A stretch of DNA of 64,000 nt, taken from the NCBI GenBank assembly GCA_963826825.1, contig CAWGYV010000016.1:131117-195116 (forward strand). Reading direction: 5' to 3'. The notes below the pieces were generated by a model, which worked only from the letters and a program-made list of their open reading frames with translations, made no database searches and was not told where the DNA came from. The DNA comes from an uncultured Acidimicrobiia bacterium (lineage in GTDB: Bacteria; Actinomycetota; Acidimicrobiia; Spongiisociales; DATADW01). Below are positions 1 to 10,033 of the stretch, one piece after another. A program made the position numbers and the translations under genes. Positions within the stretch are counted from its first letter, which is position 1. The number at the start of each line of letters is the position of its first letter.

Positions 1-2
1 TC

Positions 3-368
3 CCCAACGAGATCGACGGTGAGCAACTGACCCGCGACAAGGAGATCGCGGCGGCGTACGACTCCGACCCCCTCGTTCTCGCCAAGAGCACCGTCGGGCT
101 GGGCCGGGCCGGATTCGGTGCTGTGCGCGCCAATGCGGCATCACTCGACCGGCTGCGGATCCCGACGTTCGTGTTCCATGGGGGCGCCGACACGGTGGTG
201 CCACCGCAGCACAGCCTCGCCCTCGCCAGGGTACCGACGGTGGAGCGACGGCTCTATCCGTCGCTCCGCCACGAGACCTTCCATGAGCCCGAAGGCGCCT
301 CCGTTCTGGCCGATGTCGTCGATTGGCTGCGTCGGGCCTTGCCCGAGATTCAGAGGCCCACTCCCTGA
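3..368 (+). CDS. alpha/beta hydrolase (lysophospholipase / monoacylglycerol-lipase-like), C-terminal fragment; the 5' end lies outside the window
   Basis: Frame 3 is open from the window edge. The C-terminal region of the alpha/beta fold is recognisable (TFVFHGGADTVVP ... HETFHE). The stop is at 366-368. Confidence 0.6.
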   Translation, partial: PNEIDGEQLTRDKEIAAAYDSDPLVLAKSTVGLGRAGFGAVRANAASLDRLRIPTFVFHGGADTVVPPQHSLALARVPTVERRLYPSLRHETFHEPEGASVLADVVDWLRRALPEIQRPTP

Positions 369-491
369 GGCCTGATCATCTCGCTCGTCGGATCACCGCC
401 ATGGGCCCGCCCGCCGCACCCTCATCTGCCGGACCTAGTGGTACCTCTGGCTTCGGCCGGGGCCCCCAGGCGTGACACCTATCCTTGTCCG

Positions 492-1739
492 ATGCGGCGG
501 CTCGCTGCACTCCTTGCCCTTGGTCTGCTGGTCGCCGCCTGCGGAGGCCAGGCTGCGCCGTCGCGGGGGACTCTTCCCGACCTGACGGTCGACTCGGAGC
601 CCTGCTCGGTGCCGACGGGGGAGGGTCGTGGGGCGTACCTGGTGAGCGTCCTTCCCGACGTCGCTGCCGCCGAGGTTCTCCAGCCGGGAGACCTGATCGT
701 CGAGTTGGCGGGTCGGCCCGTTGTCAACGTCGAGGAGCTGATCGCAGCCGTCCAGGAGGGTGCACCAGGGGACGAGGTAGACATCCACCTCACCAGGGAG
801 GACGAGGAGGTCACCGTCAGCACTTCGCTCGAGGAGAGTCCCGATCAGCCGGGGCGCCCCATACTCGGGGTCAACGCCCGGACGGACTACGCCACGACGC
901 CGTTCGCCGAGACCGAATCGACCGAGCTTGCCGACTCACCGCTCAACCGGCTGGTTGGCATCGACGGCGGCCTCGCCGCTCTCGACCCGGTGGGAAACCG
1001 CTGGCAGAGGCTCGATCAAGAGGAGCCGTCGGGCCAATGGATCTCGCTGGATGGGAGCGTGGTCTCACTGGAGGAGACAGGGGAAAGCGGTCTGGCGCTT
1101 GCCGTCGACGGCGGTGAGCCGGTAGCCATCACAGAAGGGGATCTGGTCGATCCGGTGCTGATCGGTGGTGTGGGGGATCTAGCGCTTCTGAGTACCACCG
1201 GAGGTGAGCAACCCGAGCTCGTCGCCATCAACCCGTCGACCGGAGATGTCGCCTGGCGTTGGGTTCCCGAGGGCGACCTGGCGGGGTTGACCCCGTTGAC
1301 GGCTCTGCGGCACGCCGACGGCTCCTCGGCGCTGGTGGTCCTGACTCCCTCGATCAGCGAGCCGGTGACTGCAGCTGTAATGGTGGTCGACACCCAGGGC
1401 AACGCTGTAGCCGTGCCCGGCGAGGATCTCGCCGGTGCCTTCATCGCTGGGTGGTGGGACCAGCGTGCGGTGCTCGCTCTGCCACTGTCACCAGACGGAA
1501 TCCCGACCGGCGAGGTCATCACGGTGGATGCCGTCGGCGGCCAGGCCACGGTGCTGGCACCCAATTCAGTCCAGCCGGCGGACACGCTGCGAACCTGGGC
1601 TGTCGGCGACGGCCAGCACGCTCTGATGCTGGTTCCAGAACGTCTCGTGGTGGTCGATCTGGTGAACACGGGTGAGGCACAGCCGCTTACCCAGAGCTGC
1701 GAGCTTCAGGTGGCCGATCCCGGCTGGGCCGCTCCTTAG
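492..1739 (+). CDS. PDZ-domain lipoprotein
   Basis: ATG at 492 gives MRRLAALLALGLLVAACGG, a lipoprotein signal with a lipobox. A PDZ-like segment follows (LQPGDLIVELAGRPVVNVEELIAAV). The long C-terminal region is acidic and Gly-rich. Confidence 0.6.
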   Translation: MRRLAALLALGLLVAACGGQAAPSRGTLPDLTVDSEPCSVPTGEGRGAYLVSVLPDVAAAEVLQPGDLIVELAGRPVVNVEELIAAVQEGAPGDEVDIHLTREDEEVTVSTSLEESPDQPGRPILGVNARTDYATTPFAETESTELADSPLNRLVGIDGGLAALDPVGNRWQRLDQEEPSGQWISLDGSVVSLEETGESGLALAVDGGEPVAITEGDLVDPVLIGGVGDLALLSTTGGEQPELVAINPSTGDVAWRWVPEGDLAGLTPLTALRHADGSSALVVLTPSISEPVTAAVMVVDTQGNAVAVPGEDLAGAFIAGWWDQRAVLALPLSPDGIPTGEVITVDAVGGQATVLAPNSVQPADTLRTWAVGDGQHALMLVPERLVVVDLVNTGEAQPLTQSCELQVADPGWAAP

Positions 1740-1792
1740 ACGGAAGACGGCGCTGAGAGGCAGAAGGCCGACGGCAGCCAGAGAGGAACGGC

Positions 1793-4153
1793 TCAGTCGA
1801 TCGGATCTAGCTCGGTTTCGTCGTCTAGCTCGGTTTCGTCGGCTTGCGTCTCGCCCGAGGGCTCTCCGTCATCTTCGGGCTTGCCGTTTGGATGTGGGCC
1901 GCCGTTGGGCGATTCGTCCCCGAAGGGGAGGGTGAGCGCTATCCGCCTTTCGGGATCGACGCTCGACCACCCCGCCGGGCGGCGGGCGACCAGCGAACCG
2001 TGCGGGATACCGACGATCTCGGCGACGTCGTCTCCCGAGATCAACCGCTTCTCCTCGAGAGCGGCGGCCACCGCCAGGACCTGGGGCCGATGGGTGTCGA
2101 GCAACTCCCAGACCTCCTGGTACAGGCGTTGCAGCCGGGTCTCGACCTCCTCCCCCTTCTTGCCGAGGATGGCGCTCACCGGTGAGGTAGGCATTCCGGT
2201 GGGTCCCATGGTGGTACCGGCGAACGAGGTGATGGTGTCGCCCATCGCCATCACGCCCTCCATCGAGGCGGCAAGCGCGGTGGCGGAGCGCATGTCGCCA
2301 CCGACTCCGGCCGAATTGTCACCCTCGAAGAACATCCGCTCCCCGGCAAGCGAGGCGAGCGAAACCATCAGGTCAACCTCGTACTCCGACCGCCACTCGA
2401 ACATCCGATCTTCCTCGGGGATGCTCGATACGAAGCCGCCGACGTCCCCGCGCCTTTCGATGGTGGCGATGTCGATGGCGGCGTGAGCCCGCAGGAGATG
2501 GGCGGCGACTGCGTGCGAGGCCTCGTGGATGGCCACGGCGTGGCGTTCGCGCTCGACGTACTCGGCGTCATCGGGAGGCCCCACCTCTTTGAGTGCCTTC
2601 GCTCTCCACAGGTCGTCCCACTCGATCGTGGTGCGGCCATCACGGATTGCGATGATCAGCGCCTCGTTGACCATGTCCTTGATGCTGGCGCCGGTGGCGT
2701 ATGGGCTGCGGACGGCGAATTTCTCGATCTCCTCATCGGTCAAAGTGTTGGACACCTTGCTGAGGTAGCCGATCAGGGTCTCCTTGCGGCCCGTCTTGGA
2801 CGGATACCCCACCTTGTAGATCCGGTCGATCCGCCCGGGACGGAGCATTGCCTGATCGAGGGCATTTGGCATGTTGGTGGCCATGATGTGGAGGATGCGG
2901 TACTTGGGTGGCGGCTTCGGCCTCATCCCCAGCATCTTGCGGATCTTGTTGGAGATCCCTCGGGGCTTGGTCAGACCGTTCATCTCGGTGAGCAGCGCCT
3001 GGAGCGTCCCCATGCCACCGCCGCCCATCCCGCCCATCATGATCCGGTCCCGCCAGCGGCGTGGCGCCTGGTCGGGACCATCGACTGGGTTGTTCAGATC
3101 GAACTCGCCCACCAGGGTGCGCTGCGCCGGGCTCGAGAGGTAGTGGACTCCGTTGCAGCCCTGGGCAGCGGTGAACCGTTCCAGCGTCGACGCTCCAATG
3201 CCGCCCCCCGGTGTGCCGCCCAGGGCACCGCGCGACCCGAGGCTGTCGGCCTCATCGAAGAACACGATCACCCCACCGTGCTTGAGCGAGAGTTTGCGAA
3301 GCTTGCGATAGAGCGACTTCACCTTGAGGATCCCGACACCCATGAACATCTGGATGAATGCGCCTGGGTCGACGAACACATATGGGCGGCCGGTCTCGCC
3401 GGCGATCCCCTCGGCGATGAGGGTCTTGCCGGTTCCTGGAGGTCCCCAGAGCAGGATCCCACCGGGAATGTACCCGCCCTTGGCCTCGATCTCGTCCGGG
3501 CGCTCCAGGAAAGCGATGTTCTCCTTGATCGAACTGAGGACGTGGTCCTGACCCCAGATGTCCTTGAACCGGGTCTTGACCTCTTCGGGGGAGAGAACGT
3601 CGGTCCCGCCCCGGGAGAGGAACCAGAACAGGAAGACGAACTGGCCGACGATGATGGTGAAGCTCATGATTATCTGCCAGAACATCGGGTTGGTGAAGAC
3701 CCCGATGATGAGCCGGGGGAACTCGCCTATTGCCTGGACAGGAGTCTCGATGCCGGGTACCAACCACATCACCGCGTACGCGTAGATGGCGAGGTATATG
3801 GCCCAACGGAAATAGCGCCGCATCCGGTAGCGGGTCCACGGCTTGAGCCGCCCGGCGAGACTCTCCCAGCCGCCAAGGACTCTGCTCTCCCAGTACGTGT
3901 TGTACCGGACGCTTCGCTCACAGAGCAGGTAGTGGATCTGGCGGAAGATCTCCAGGATGAAGAGACCGGCGATGATGAACCCGATGGGCTCGGAGAGGAA
4001 CTCGCGGAGGGCAACGTCGAGGGGAATGAACGGCGGCTGGACACGGCTCCCCACCAGCACCACTGCCACGATGACGAGCAGGAGCAGGATCTTGACCCGA
4101 TCCCACATGTCGGTCTTGCGTCTTGTGGTCATGCCCTCACGTTGACCAGCCAT
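1793..4153 (-). CDS. divergent FtsH-family AAA+ membrane metalloprotease paralog
   Basis: 786 aa. The N-terminus has about 4 hydrophobic helices. Walker A is GPPGTGKT, Walker B is VIVFFDEADS and the sensor motif is ATNMPNALD. A Gly/Met-rich insertion of about 90 aa lies inside the AAA domain. An M41-type HEXXH motif (HEASHA) is present. The tail is acidic (ETELDDETELDPID). Confidence 0.75.
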   Translation of the reverse strand: MAGQREGMTTRRKTDMWDRVKILLLLVIVAVVLVGSRVQPPFIPLDVALREFLSEPIGFIIAGLFILEIFRQIHYLLCERSVRYNTYWESRVLGGWESLAGRLKPWTRYRMRRYFRWAIYLAIYAYAVMWLVPGIETPVQAIGEFPRLIIGVFTNPMFWQIIMSFTIIVGQFVFLFWFLSRGGTDVLSPEEVKTRFKDIWGQDHVLSSIKENIAFLERPDEIEAKGGYIPGGILLWGPPGTGKTLIAEGIAGETGRPYVFVDPGAFIQMFMGVGILKVKSLYRKLRKLSLKHGGVIVFFDEADSLGSRGALGGTPGGGIGASTLERFTAAQGCNGVHYLSSPAQRTLVGEFDLNNPVDGPDQAPRRWRDRIMMGGMGGGGMGTLQALLTEMNGLTKPRGISNKIRKMLGMRPKPPPKYRILHIMATNMPNALDQAMLRPGRIDRIYKVGYPSKTGRKETLIGYLSKVSNTLTDEEIEKFAVRSPYATGASIKDMVNEALIIAIRDGRTTIEWDDLWRAKALKEVGPPDDAEYVERERHAVAIHEASHAVAAHLLRAHAAIDIATIERRGDVGGFVSSIPEEDRMFEWRSEYEVDLMVSLASLAGERMFFEGDNSAGVGGDMRSATALAASMEGVMAMGDTITSFAGTTMGPTGMPTSPVSAILGKKGEEVETRLQRLYQEVWELLDTHRPQVLAVAAALEEKRLISGDDVAEIVGIPHGSLVARRPAGWSSVDPERRIALTLPFGDESPNGGPHPNGKPEDDGEPSGETQADETELDDETELDPID

Positions 4154-4770
4154 GAGTCCACCACCTCCGAGATCTTCTCCTGGTGTTCAGTGAAGCACTC
4201 GACCGAACATCCAACGGCCACCGAGTAGATGCGGGCGTCTTCCTCGTCGGTCACCGAGATCAGGTACACCGCAGCCTCATTCCCGGTCGCCGGGTCGGTA
4301 TAGACGGCCAGCTGACGCACGCCGTCGAACCCCTCGGCGAACTCGAAAGGCTCCTGAAGCTCGGGGGTGATCTGCAAACCCTCGTATGGCACGGCGACCT
4401 GGCTGAGCAGCCGCTGGGAGATGGCGTCGCGTACCCCCTCGTCAACCCGGCGGATGATCGAGGCCCCCACCGGGAAGTCGGCGGTGAGGAATGGTTCGTT
4501 GACGTTCTCAGGATCGCGGCTCGGTGCGCCGTCGAATGCGATGGCGTACTCGATCGGAAGTCCATCGATATCGGCGGTGAAGACCTGGCTCTCCAACTCC
4601 GCCATCTCCTCCGACTCGTAGAGGTGCCACTCGGTTGGTACCTCGATCAGCGACTGACGATCGGGGTCGGTGTGGGTGGTTATTCCGGCCTCTGGCTGCG
4701 AGCAAGCAGCGAGCAGCACGGCGAAAAGAAACCCGGTGGCCAAGATCCGGGTGAAAGACCGCATCCTCAT
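4129..4770 (-). CDS. lipoprotein of unknown function, overlapping the FtsH-like gene by 25 nt (likely co-transcribed)
   Basis: The internal ATG at 4770 gives MRMRSFTRILATGFLFAVLLAACSQ, a signal peptide with a lipobox. The longer upstream extension is Arg-rich and implausible. Confidence 0.6.
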   Translation of the reverse strand: MRMRSFTRILATGFLFAVLLAACSQPEAGITTHTDPDRQSLIEVPTEWHLYESEEMAELESQVFTADIDGLPIEYAIAFDGAPSRDPENVNEPFLTADFPVGASIIRRVDEGVRDAISQRLLSQVAVPYEGLQITPELQEPFEFAEGFDGVRQLAVYTDPATGNEAAVYLISVTDEEDARIYSVAVGCSVECFTEHQEKISEVVDSWLVNVRA

Positions 4771-4861
4771 CGCTCTCCCGGTGGAGTTGCCTGGAAGTGT
4801 ACGCACCGTAGGGGTCGTTCGGATCAATCTTCGCCGGCGGTTGGTTCGTCCACGTGGGCGA

Positions 4862-6990
4862 TCAGCCCACCTCGAAGGCATCGAGAGCCGGGAAGAACAC
4901 CTCGCCTGCAAGCGCCTCCAGCTCGCCCTCTTGGGCGATGAGGATTCCAACGGCGGCGTATTCGCCCAACTCGGTAGCTGTCACCAGCGCCGGGCTGCCT
5001 TGGATCGACACCTCGTACAAAGGCCAGGACCGCCCTGCACCCTCGTGGGTGTCGTCCGGTTGGGCGGGGAGCGTGAAGCCGAGTTGACCGGAGACCAGAC
5101 CCAGAAGCTGCTCGGAGGTGAGGCCCTCCCCAGCCTGGAGGACAAGGGCAGTCGGGTCCACCGGGGTTTCCAGCCGGGCGAAGCTCCCCGGTGCGACTTC
5201 GTCCCAACCGCGGGGGGCTAGGCCGGAAAGGGGAACACCGAGCAGGACGGTTTCGAACGGTTCCATCACCACCTCGCCGCTCTCCTCGGCGACGAACTGG
5301 GGGGCGCGACCGAGGAGGCGCAGGAAACATCGGGTGTCGCCGCTGGGTCGTCGATGAAGGCGGTTGCGATCTGCGCCGGGCACCCGGCTCCGGAGCTCAC
5401 GCCGTGGCTCAGTGGGTCGAACTCCACGGTCGTAGCGTTACGCAGAGTGCTCGCTGCTTCGGCCGCCCAGTCGGGAGGCGTGATCGGGTCGAAGCCACCA
5501 GAGAGGACGAGCGTCGGGATGTTGCTGCGGACGGGCAGGGTTTCCATGTTGGCTGCCTCGCCCGCTCCCCATACCCGACACATCTCGAAGGCAGGCGGAC
5601 CGGTGTTGAGCGAAGTGGCGGCGAGGCGCCCACCGATCGGAGCGCTGCTTCCGGCCTCATCGACCTCCACCGGATCGGCAAAGGCGATCTCCTCCCGGCA
5701 CTGCACCGAGGCCAGGGCGCCCAGGGAGAGGAACTCGCCCTGTGCGAGGAAATTGCTCATCAGGCTGGAAGCAGTGGCCGTCTCCCTCGCTTCGAGCTCC
5801 GCCACGAGGCCGGGGAGGAGTGGTATCAGATCGTCCGAGTAGAGCGACTGGAAGGTGAGGCCGATCAGCCCAGCCCCGTCGAGCGCCGCCTGGTATGGAT
5901 CACCGGTGAACACGTCGGTAACCGGGACCATCAGCGGTTCCTCGTCGAGCGCGGCGACCAGGGTGTCGTAGCGGGTGGAGAGGTCGGGGTACGCCGCCGC
6001 GCAGGCGGAATCGGCGGTGCAGGAATCGAAGAGCACGTCGAAGGAGCGCTCGGCGTTGTCGGGGAACGCGGTGAGCGCATCCACCGACGGCGGGTAAGTC
6101 GAGTCGAGAATGACGCTGCGGACCTGCTCGGGATGGTCCCGCATCACGGTCAGCGCCAACCTGGTGCCGTAGGAGATGCCGTAGAGGTTCCAGTCTTCGT
6201 AACCGAGGGCCCGCCCGAGATCGGCAACGTCCGCCGCCGATGCCGCCGAGTCGAACAGGCTCAGGTCCACCCCGTCGTCCTGCAGCCGGTCGCGACACGC
6301 CTCGACCGCATCGATCTGGCGGGCCACGTAGTCATCGGGAGGAAGCACATCGTCGAGCAGCTCGAAATCGAGTTGTCTCGATTCGGGGCAAGCCAATGAC
6401 GGCTCGGAATACCCGGTCCCACGCTGGTCGAACATCACGAGATCTCGATTGACCAGGTAGGCCCCGAAGCGATCCTCGAACGAGAACGGGACCGTTTCCA
6501 GGGCATCGCCACCGGGTCCACCCTCGAGATAGATGACCGGGTCGGGCTCGGGGTTCGGGTCATCGGAGGAGAAAATGGCGACGTGCAGTCGTACCTCGGG
6601 GCTCTCGGGATTCGAGCGGTCGGCAGGCACCACCAGATAGCCACAGCGGACCTCGCGCTCCAATGTGACGGCAAAGCGGCAATCGGCCTCCTCGAACCCT
6701 GGTGGCGTGGTGGCAGCCGATCCCTGGTCGGTCGTGGTGTCAGCCGATTGGACGGTCGTTGTCGCCGCGACCGAAGCCGTGGAGGTACCGGATGCGACCA
6801 CGGTGGTAACCGCCGGTTGTTCAGGTGACCGTGTGATCAGGATCGTGCCGGTGACGGCAAAGATCACGGCGACCGCACCGAGTATTACCGCCCAAGTCCG
6901 TCGAGTCATGTGTTTCTTGGCTTCCGATGGGGTGGGGGATTGTGCTTCCGCGGCGAGTCCAGCCCAAAACAAACGAAGAGGTGACGACAC
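4862..6990 (-). pseudogene. secreted S33-family alpha/beta hydrolase (tripeptidyl-aminopeptidase-like), read through a frame disruption at the G6 run at 5297-5302. In the submitted sequence this appears as two ORFs, 5266..6990 and 4862..5266
   Basis: The N-terminal TM helix, the GISYGT nucleophile elbow and a C-terminal His region are present. The main ORF stops at 5266 with a TGATG overlap onto a 135-aa ORF. That downstream ORF aligns, via a frame switch at the homopolymer, with the C-terminal extension of the paralog at 35043..36984 (DVSCASS / QFVAEESGEVVMEPF versus DTTCASRYQEVRVVEEFPG). Confidence 0.55.
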
Positions 6991-7088
6991 CGGGTTCCTG
7001 GTGAAGGTCCGTCTCGCCGTGGAGAAGCGGTCTATAGGATCGGCCAGGTGGTGTCCGAACTAGAACGGAGAAGCTGATCGACGACCTC

Positions 7089-7649
7089 GTGGTCAGCCTC
7101 ACTGGACGGCTGCTGGTCGCCACCCCGGCCCTTTTCGATCCAAACTTTGCCGGCGCCGTCCTCCTCGTCTGCCAGCACGACGATGACGGGGCCCTGGGAC
7201 TTGTGCTCAACCGCCCGTCGTCTGCCCCCGCCGGGGAGTTTCTCCCCGATTGGGCGCCACTGCTCGTCGAGCCGGCTGTGGTCTTCGTAGGGGGGCCGGT
7301 CCAACAGGAGATGGCCATCGGACTGTGTCGAAGCGATCTGTTGCTTCCCAGCGACGCCGACGACGAAGGGCTGGTCAGGGTGGCTGTCGGCTTGGCGCTG
7401 GTCGATCTGAGCCTTTCACCAGACGAACTCTCCGACGCCAGACCGCTGCGGGTCTTCACCGGCTACGCCGGATGGTCCCCGGGGCAACTGGAGAGCGAGG
7501 TGGAGGAGGGGGCCTGGTTCGTGATCACCACCGAGGCCGACGATGCGCTGACGGGCGACCCTCTCGGGCTCCGGCGCCGGGTGCTGCGCAGGCAGCGGAG
7601 CCGCGTCTCGATCTTCTCCGACTATCCGGCCGATCCGACGCTCAACTGA
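7089..7649 (+). CDS. YqgE/AlgH-family protein (UPF0301)
   Basis: 186 aa. The family-typical N-terminus LTGRLLVATPALFDPNFAGAVLLVCQHDDDGALGLVLNRP is present. Confidence 0.75.
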   Translation: MVSLTGRLLVATPALFDPNFAGAVLLVCQHDDDGALGLVLNRPSSAPAGEFLPDWAPLLVEPAVVFVGGPVQQEMAIGLCRSDLLLPSDADDEGLVRVAVGLALVDLSLSPDELSDARPLRVFTGYAGWSPGQLESEVEEGAWFVITTEADDALTGDPLGLRRRVLRRQRSRVSIFSDYPADPTLN

Positions 7650-7686
7650 CTGACGCGATCTCGGGCACGGTGCTGGCTACGCTCGG

Positions 7687-8409
7687 ATGGTGATCACCCA
7701 GACGGTTCCGCGGCTCCGTCGGGCGCTGGTTCACCGCGCACCGGGGATCGGTTTGGAGCGGGCGCTGTGGGATGCCGGGCGGCAGGTGGTTGTCGGCGTC
7801 GATGAGGTGGGACGCGGCGCCTGGGCCGGCCCGCTTAGCGTCGGAGCCGCCGTCATCCCGGCCGACCGCCGTGTCTACAAGGTGCGCGACTCGAAGCTGC
7901 TCACCGAGGCCGAGCGTGAGGCTCTGTTCGACAGGATCGCCGACTGGTGCCAGGCCTGGGCCGTCGGCCATGCCACCGCCGAGGAGTGCGACACGCTGGG
8001 GATGTCCGACGCGCAGCGTCTCGCAGCCGAGAGGGCGATCACCGCACTGGGATTGACGCCAGACGCTGTCCTTGTCGACGGGAAGTGGGACTTCGTCGGC
8101 GGAGACCAGGTTCGCCGGATAGTGCGGGGCGACCTCACCTGCCTGTCGATCGCCGCGGCATCGATCCTGGCCAAGGTCACCCGTGACCGGATGATGCGCG
8201 CCGAGGCAGAGCACTATCCGCTCTACGTATTCGACGAGAACAAGGGCTACCCGTGCCCGCGACACAAGTCGGCTCTGCAGGCCTGGGGACCATCCGCCAT
8301 CCATCGCAAGAGCTGGGTATTCATGGACCATTTGGTCTGGACCGGTCTCGGCAGATACCGCCGCCCCGACCCTCAGGGGACACTGTTCGACGACGCCTTC
8401 ATCGGTTGA
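7687..8409 (+). CDS. rnhB: ribonuclease HII
   Basis: 240 aa with the VGVDEVGRGAWAGPL and DSK motifs. The length is typical. Confidence 0.85.
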   Translation: MVITQTVPRLRRALVHRAPGIGLERALWDAGRQVVVGVDEVGRGAWAGPLSVGAAVIPADRRVYKVRDSKLLTEAEREALFDRIADWCQAWAVGHATAEECDTLGMSDAQRLAAERAITALGLTPDAVLVDGKWDFVGGDQVRRIVRGDLTCLSIAAASILAKVTRDRMMRAEAEHYPLYVFDENKGYPCPRHKSALQAWGPSAIHRKSWVFMDHLVWTGLGRYRRPDPQGTLFDDAFIG

Positions 8410-9886
8410 ACGCCGCGATGACCGGGGCAAACCGTTCCACGGCTTCGACGTCTGGCAGATCGGGCATGGTGACGATCGCGGTGCCGACTCCAGCCTCGGC
8501 GAGGCGCCGGAAACGGCCGATGTGGTCCTCGATCGTGCCGGCGTTCACCGCCGAGGCGTAGCGATCCGGCGAGATCCGCGCCGGCCGGAGCCGGTCCACT
8601 AGCCGATCCACCTCGGCCTGCTCCCGTCCAACCAGTGCGGTCGAGAGATGGGTTACTTCGATCTCCTCAGGGGGACGCCCCACATCCGAGCAATGGCGGT
8701 GCAGGATTTCCACCTTTGTAGCCACCTTGTCGGCGTCGCCCATCAGGTTGCACCCGTCGGCGAGCTCGGCGACGACACGCAACGTGTGCCGCTCACCAGA
8801 CCCCCCAACGACGATGGGGAGCCTCTCTTGGAGCGGTCTCGGATAGCACCCGGTCTCGGGGAGCGTGATCGTCTTCCCGGTGTAGGGCCGCGAGCCGGGT
8901 CCCCACAAGGCGCGCAGCACCCCGATCGTGTCCGCCAAAAGCAGATAGCGGTCGGCGACCGTTGGGAATGGCAGTCCGAAGGCGAGGTGCTCGCGCTCCC
9001 ACCAGCCGATTCCCAAACCGAGCCGGGCCCGACCACCAGAGAGCACGTCGATGGTGGCGACGGTCTTGGCCAGGAGCCCGGGTGCCCGGAAGGTCACCGG
9101 GGTGACCAGCGTTCCCAACCCGATGCCAGTGGTGATCCCCGACAAGAAGGCGAGCGTCGTGGTGCTCTCGGGCAGATCTTCCCAAACCCTCCCCACCTGG
9201 GGGATTTGCAGGAGGTGGTCCATGACCCACAGACCCTCGAACCCCGCCTGCTCGGCGGCGACCGCCGCCGCGGCTAGGTGATCGGCGAGTCTGGCCGCGC
9301 CGCCGTCCCATGCAAAGCGCGAGATCTGCAGGCCGAACCGAAGCGGCTTGGGGTCCTCGGATTGACGCCGCGCCGCCTCGTCCGATGTCCCGAACCCTGG
9401 GAGCACGAGTCGGACCGGGCCAGGAATGAGGACACCGTCCCATGACTCCGCGTCGATCCTCTGGCGCTCTCCCGGCCAGCGGCGCAGCTGAGATCCGATC
9501 ACGCGGTCGGGGACTGGGTCGGGCCGGTTCCTGTTGCGGGTGCGGCAAACCGCCGGTGGGGTGTCGAAGGCGACCACAAACGCCGGCATACCCGCAGCCC
9601 CGGCCCGCTCCCGCCAGGCCGACCGCCGCTCGGCGTCCATCCCCAGGGTGTCCACGACGGTGAACAGCCGCCTCGCCATCCGATGGTCGAGCACCCGTTC
9701 TAGGAGGTCGAATGCGGCCTCTCCGGCTGCCTGGTCGTGCTCGCCCTCACCAACGAGGCTCCGCAACCGATCAGATGACACCACCTGGTCGGGGCGGAAC
9801 CATTCCTCCGCCCACGCCGACTTCCCGGCTCCCGACGGGCCGGCGAGGATGACCAGCGATGGCACCGGAATCCTGAGGTCGTCCAT
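8399..9886 (-). CDS. fusion protein: N-terminal P-loop kinase domain (AAA_33 / polynucleotide-kinase-like) plus C-terminal LLM-class F420-dependent oxidoreductase
   Basis: ATG at 9886 is preceded by GGGAGA. The kinase part has LVILAGPSGAGKS ... SSDRLR ... VVDTLG. The linker is GFGTSDEAARRQSEDPKP. The luciferase-like monooxygenase domain then follows (LRFGLQI ... GLWVMDHL ... GLGIGW). The 857-aa ORF call extends upstream into patatin antisense and is rejected. Confidence 0.6.
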   Translation of the reverse strand: MDDLRIPVPSLVILAGPSGAGKSAWAEEWFRPDQVVSSDRLRSLVGEGEHDQAAGEAAFDLLERVLDHRMARRLFTVVDTLGMDAERRSAWRERAGAAGMPAFVVAFDTPPAVCRTRNRNRPDPVPDRVIGSQLRRWPGERQRIDAESWDGVLIPGPVRLVLPGFGTSDEAARRQSEDPKPLRFGLQISRFAWDGGAARLADHLAAAAVAAEQAGFEGLWVMDHLLQIPQVGRVWEDLPESTTTLAFLSGITTGIGLGTLVTPVTFRAPGLLAKTVATIDVLSGGRARLGLGIGWWEREHLAFGLPFPTVADRYLLLADTIGVLRALWGPGSRPYTGKTITLPETGCYPRPLQERLPIVVGGSGERHTLRVVAELADGCNLMGDADKVATKVEILHRHCSDVGRPPEEIEVTHLSTALVGREQAEVDRLVDRLRPARISPDRYASAVNAGTIEDHIGRFRRLAEAGVGTAIVTMPDLPDVEAVERFAPVIAAFNR

Positions 9887-10033
9887 GTCTCCCAACCTGG
9901 GTCGGAGTACCTGACGTGCCTGCCAACCCCGGGTTGGGGAGTACCTGGGAGGTAGCTGCCAACCCTGGGTTGGTGTCCCGGGTGATGTTGCCACCAACCC
10001 TGGGTTGGGGCGTGCCTGCCGTATCCTCCGGCC

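Noticed and set aside
2483-4228. 581-aa plus-strand ORF, and many other 100-400-aa ORFs such as 5191-6399, 13438-14337, 17519-18571, 19997-21070, 27898-29277 and 41379-42929
   Set aside because: They are antisense to strongly supported genes in a high-GC genome where stop codons are rare. Their composition is Arg/Gly/Pro-rich with no motifs. I treat them as shadow ORFs.
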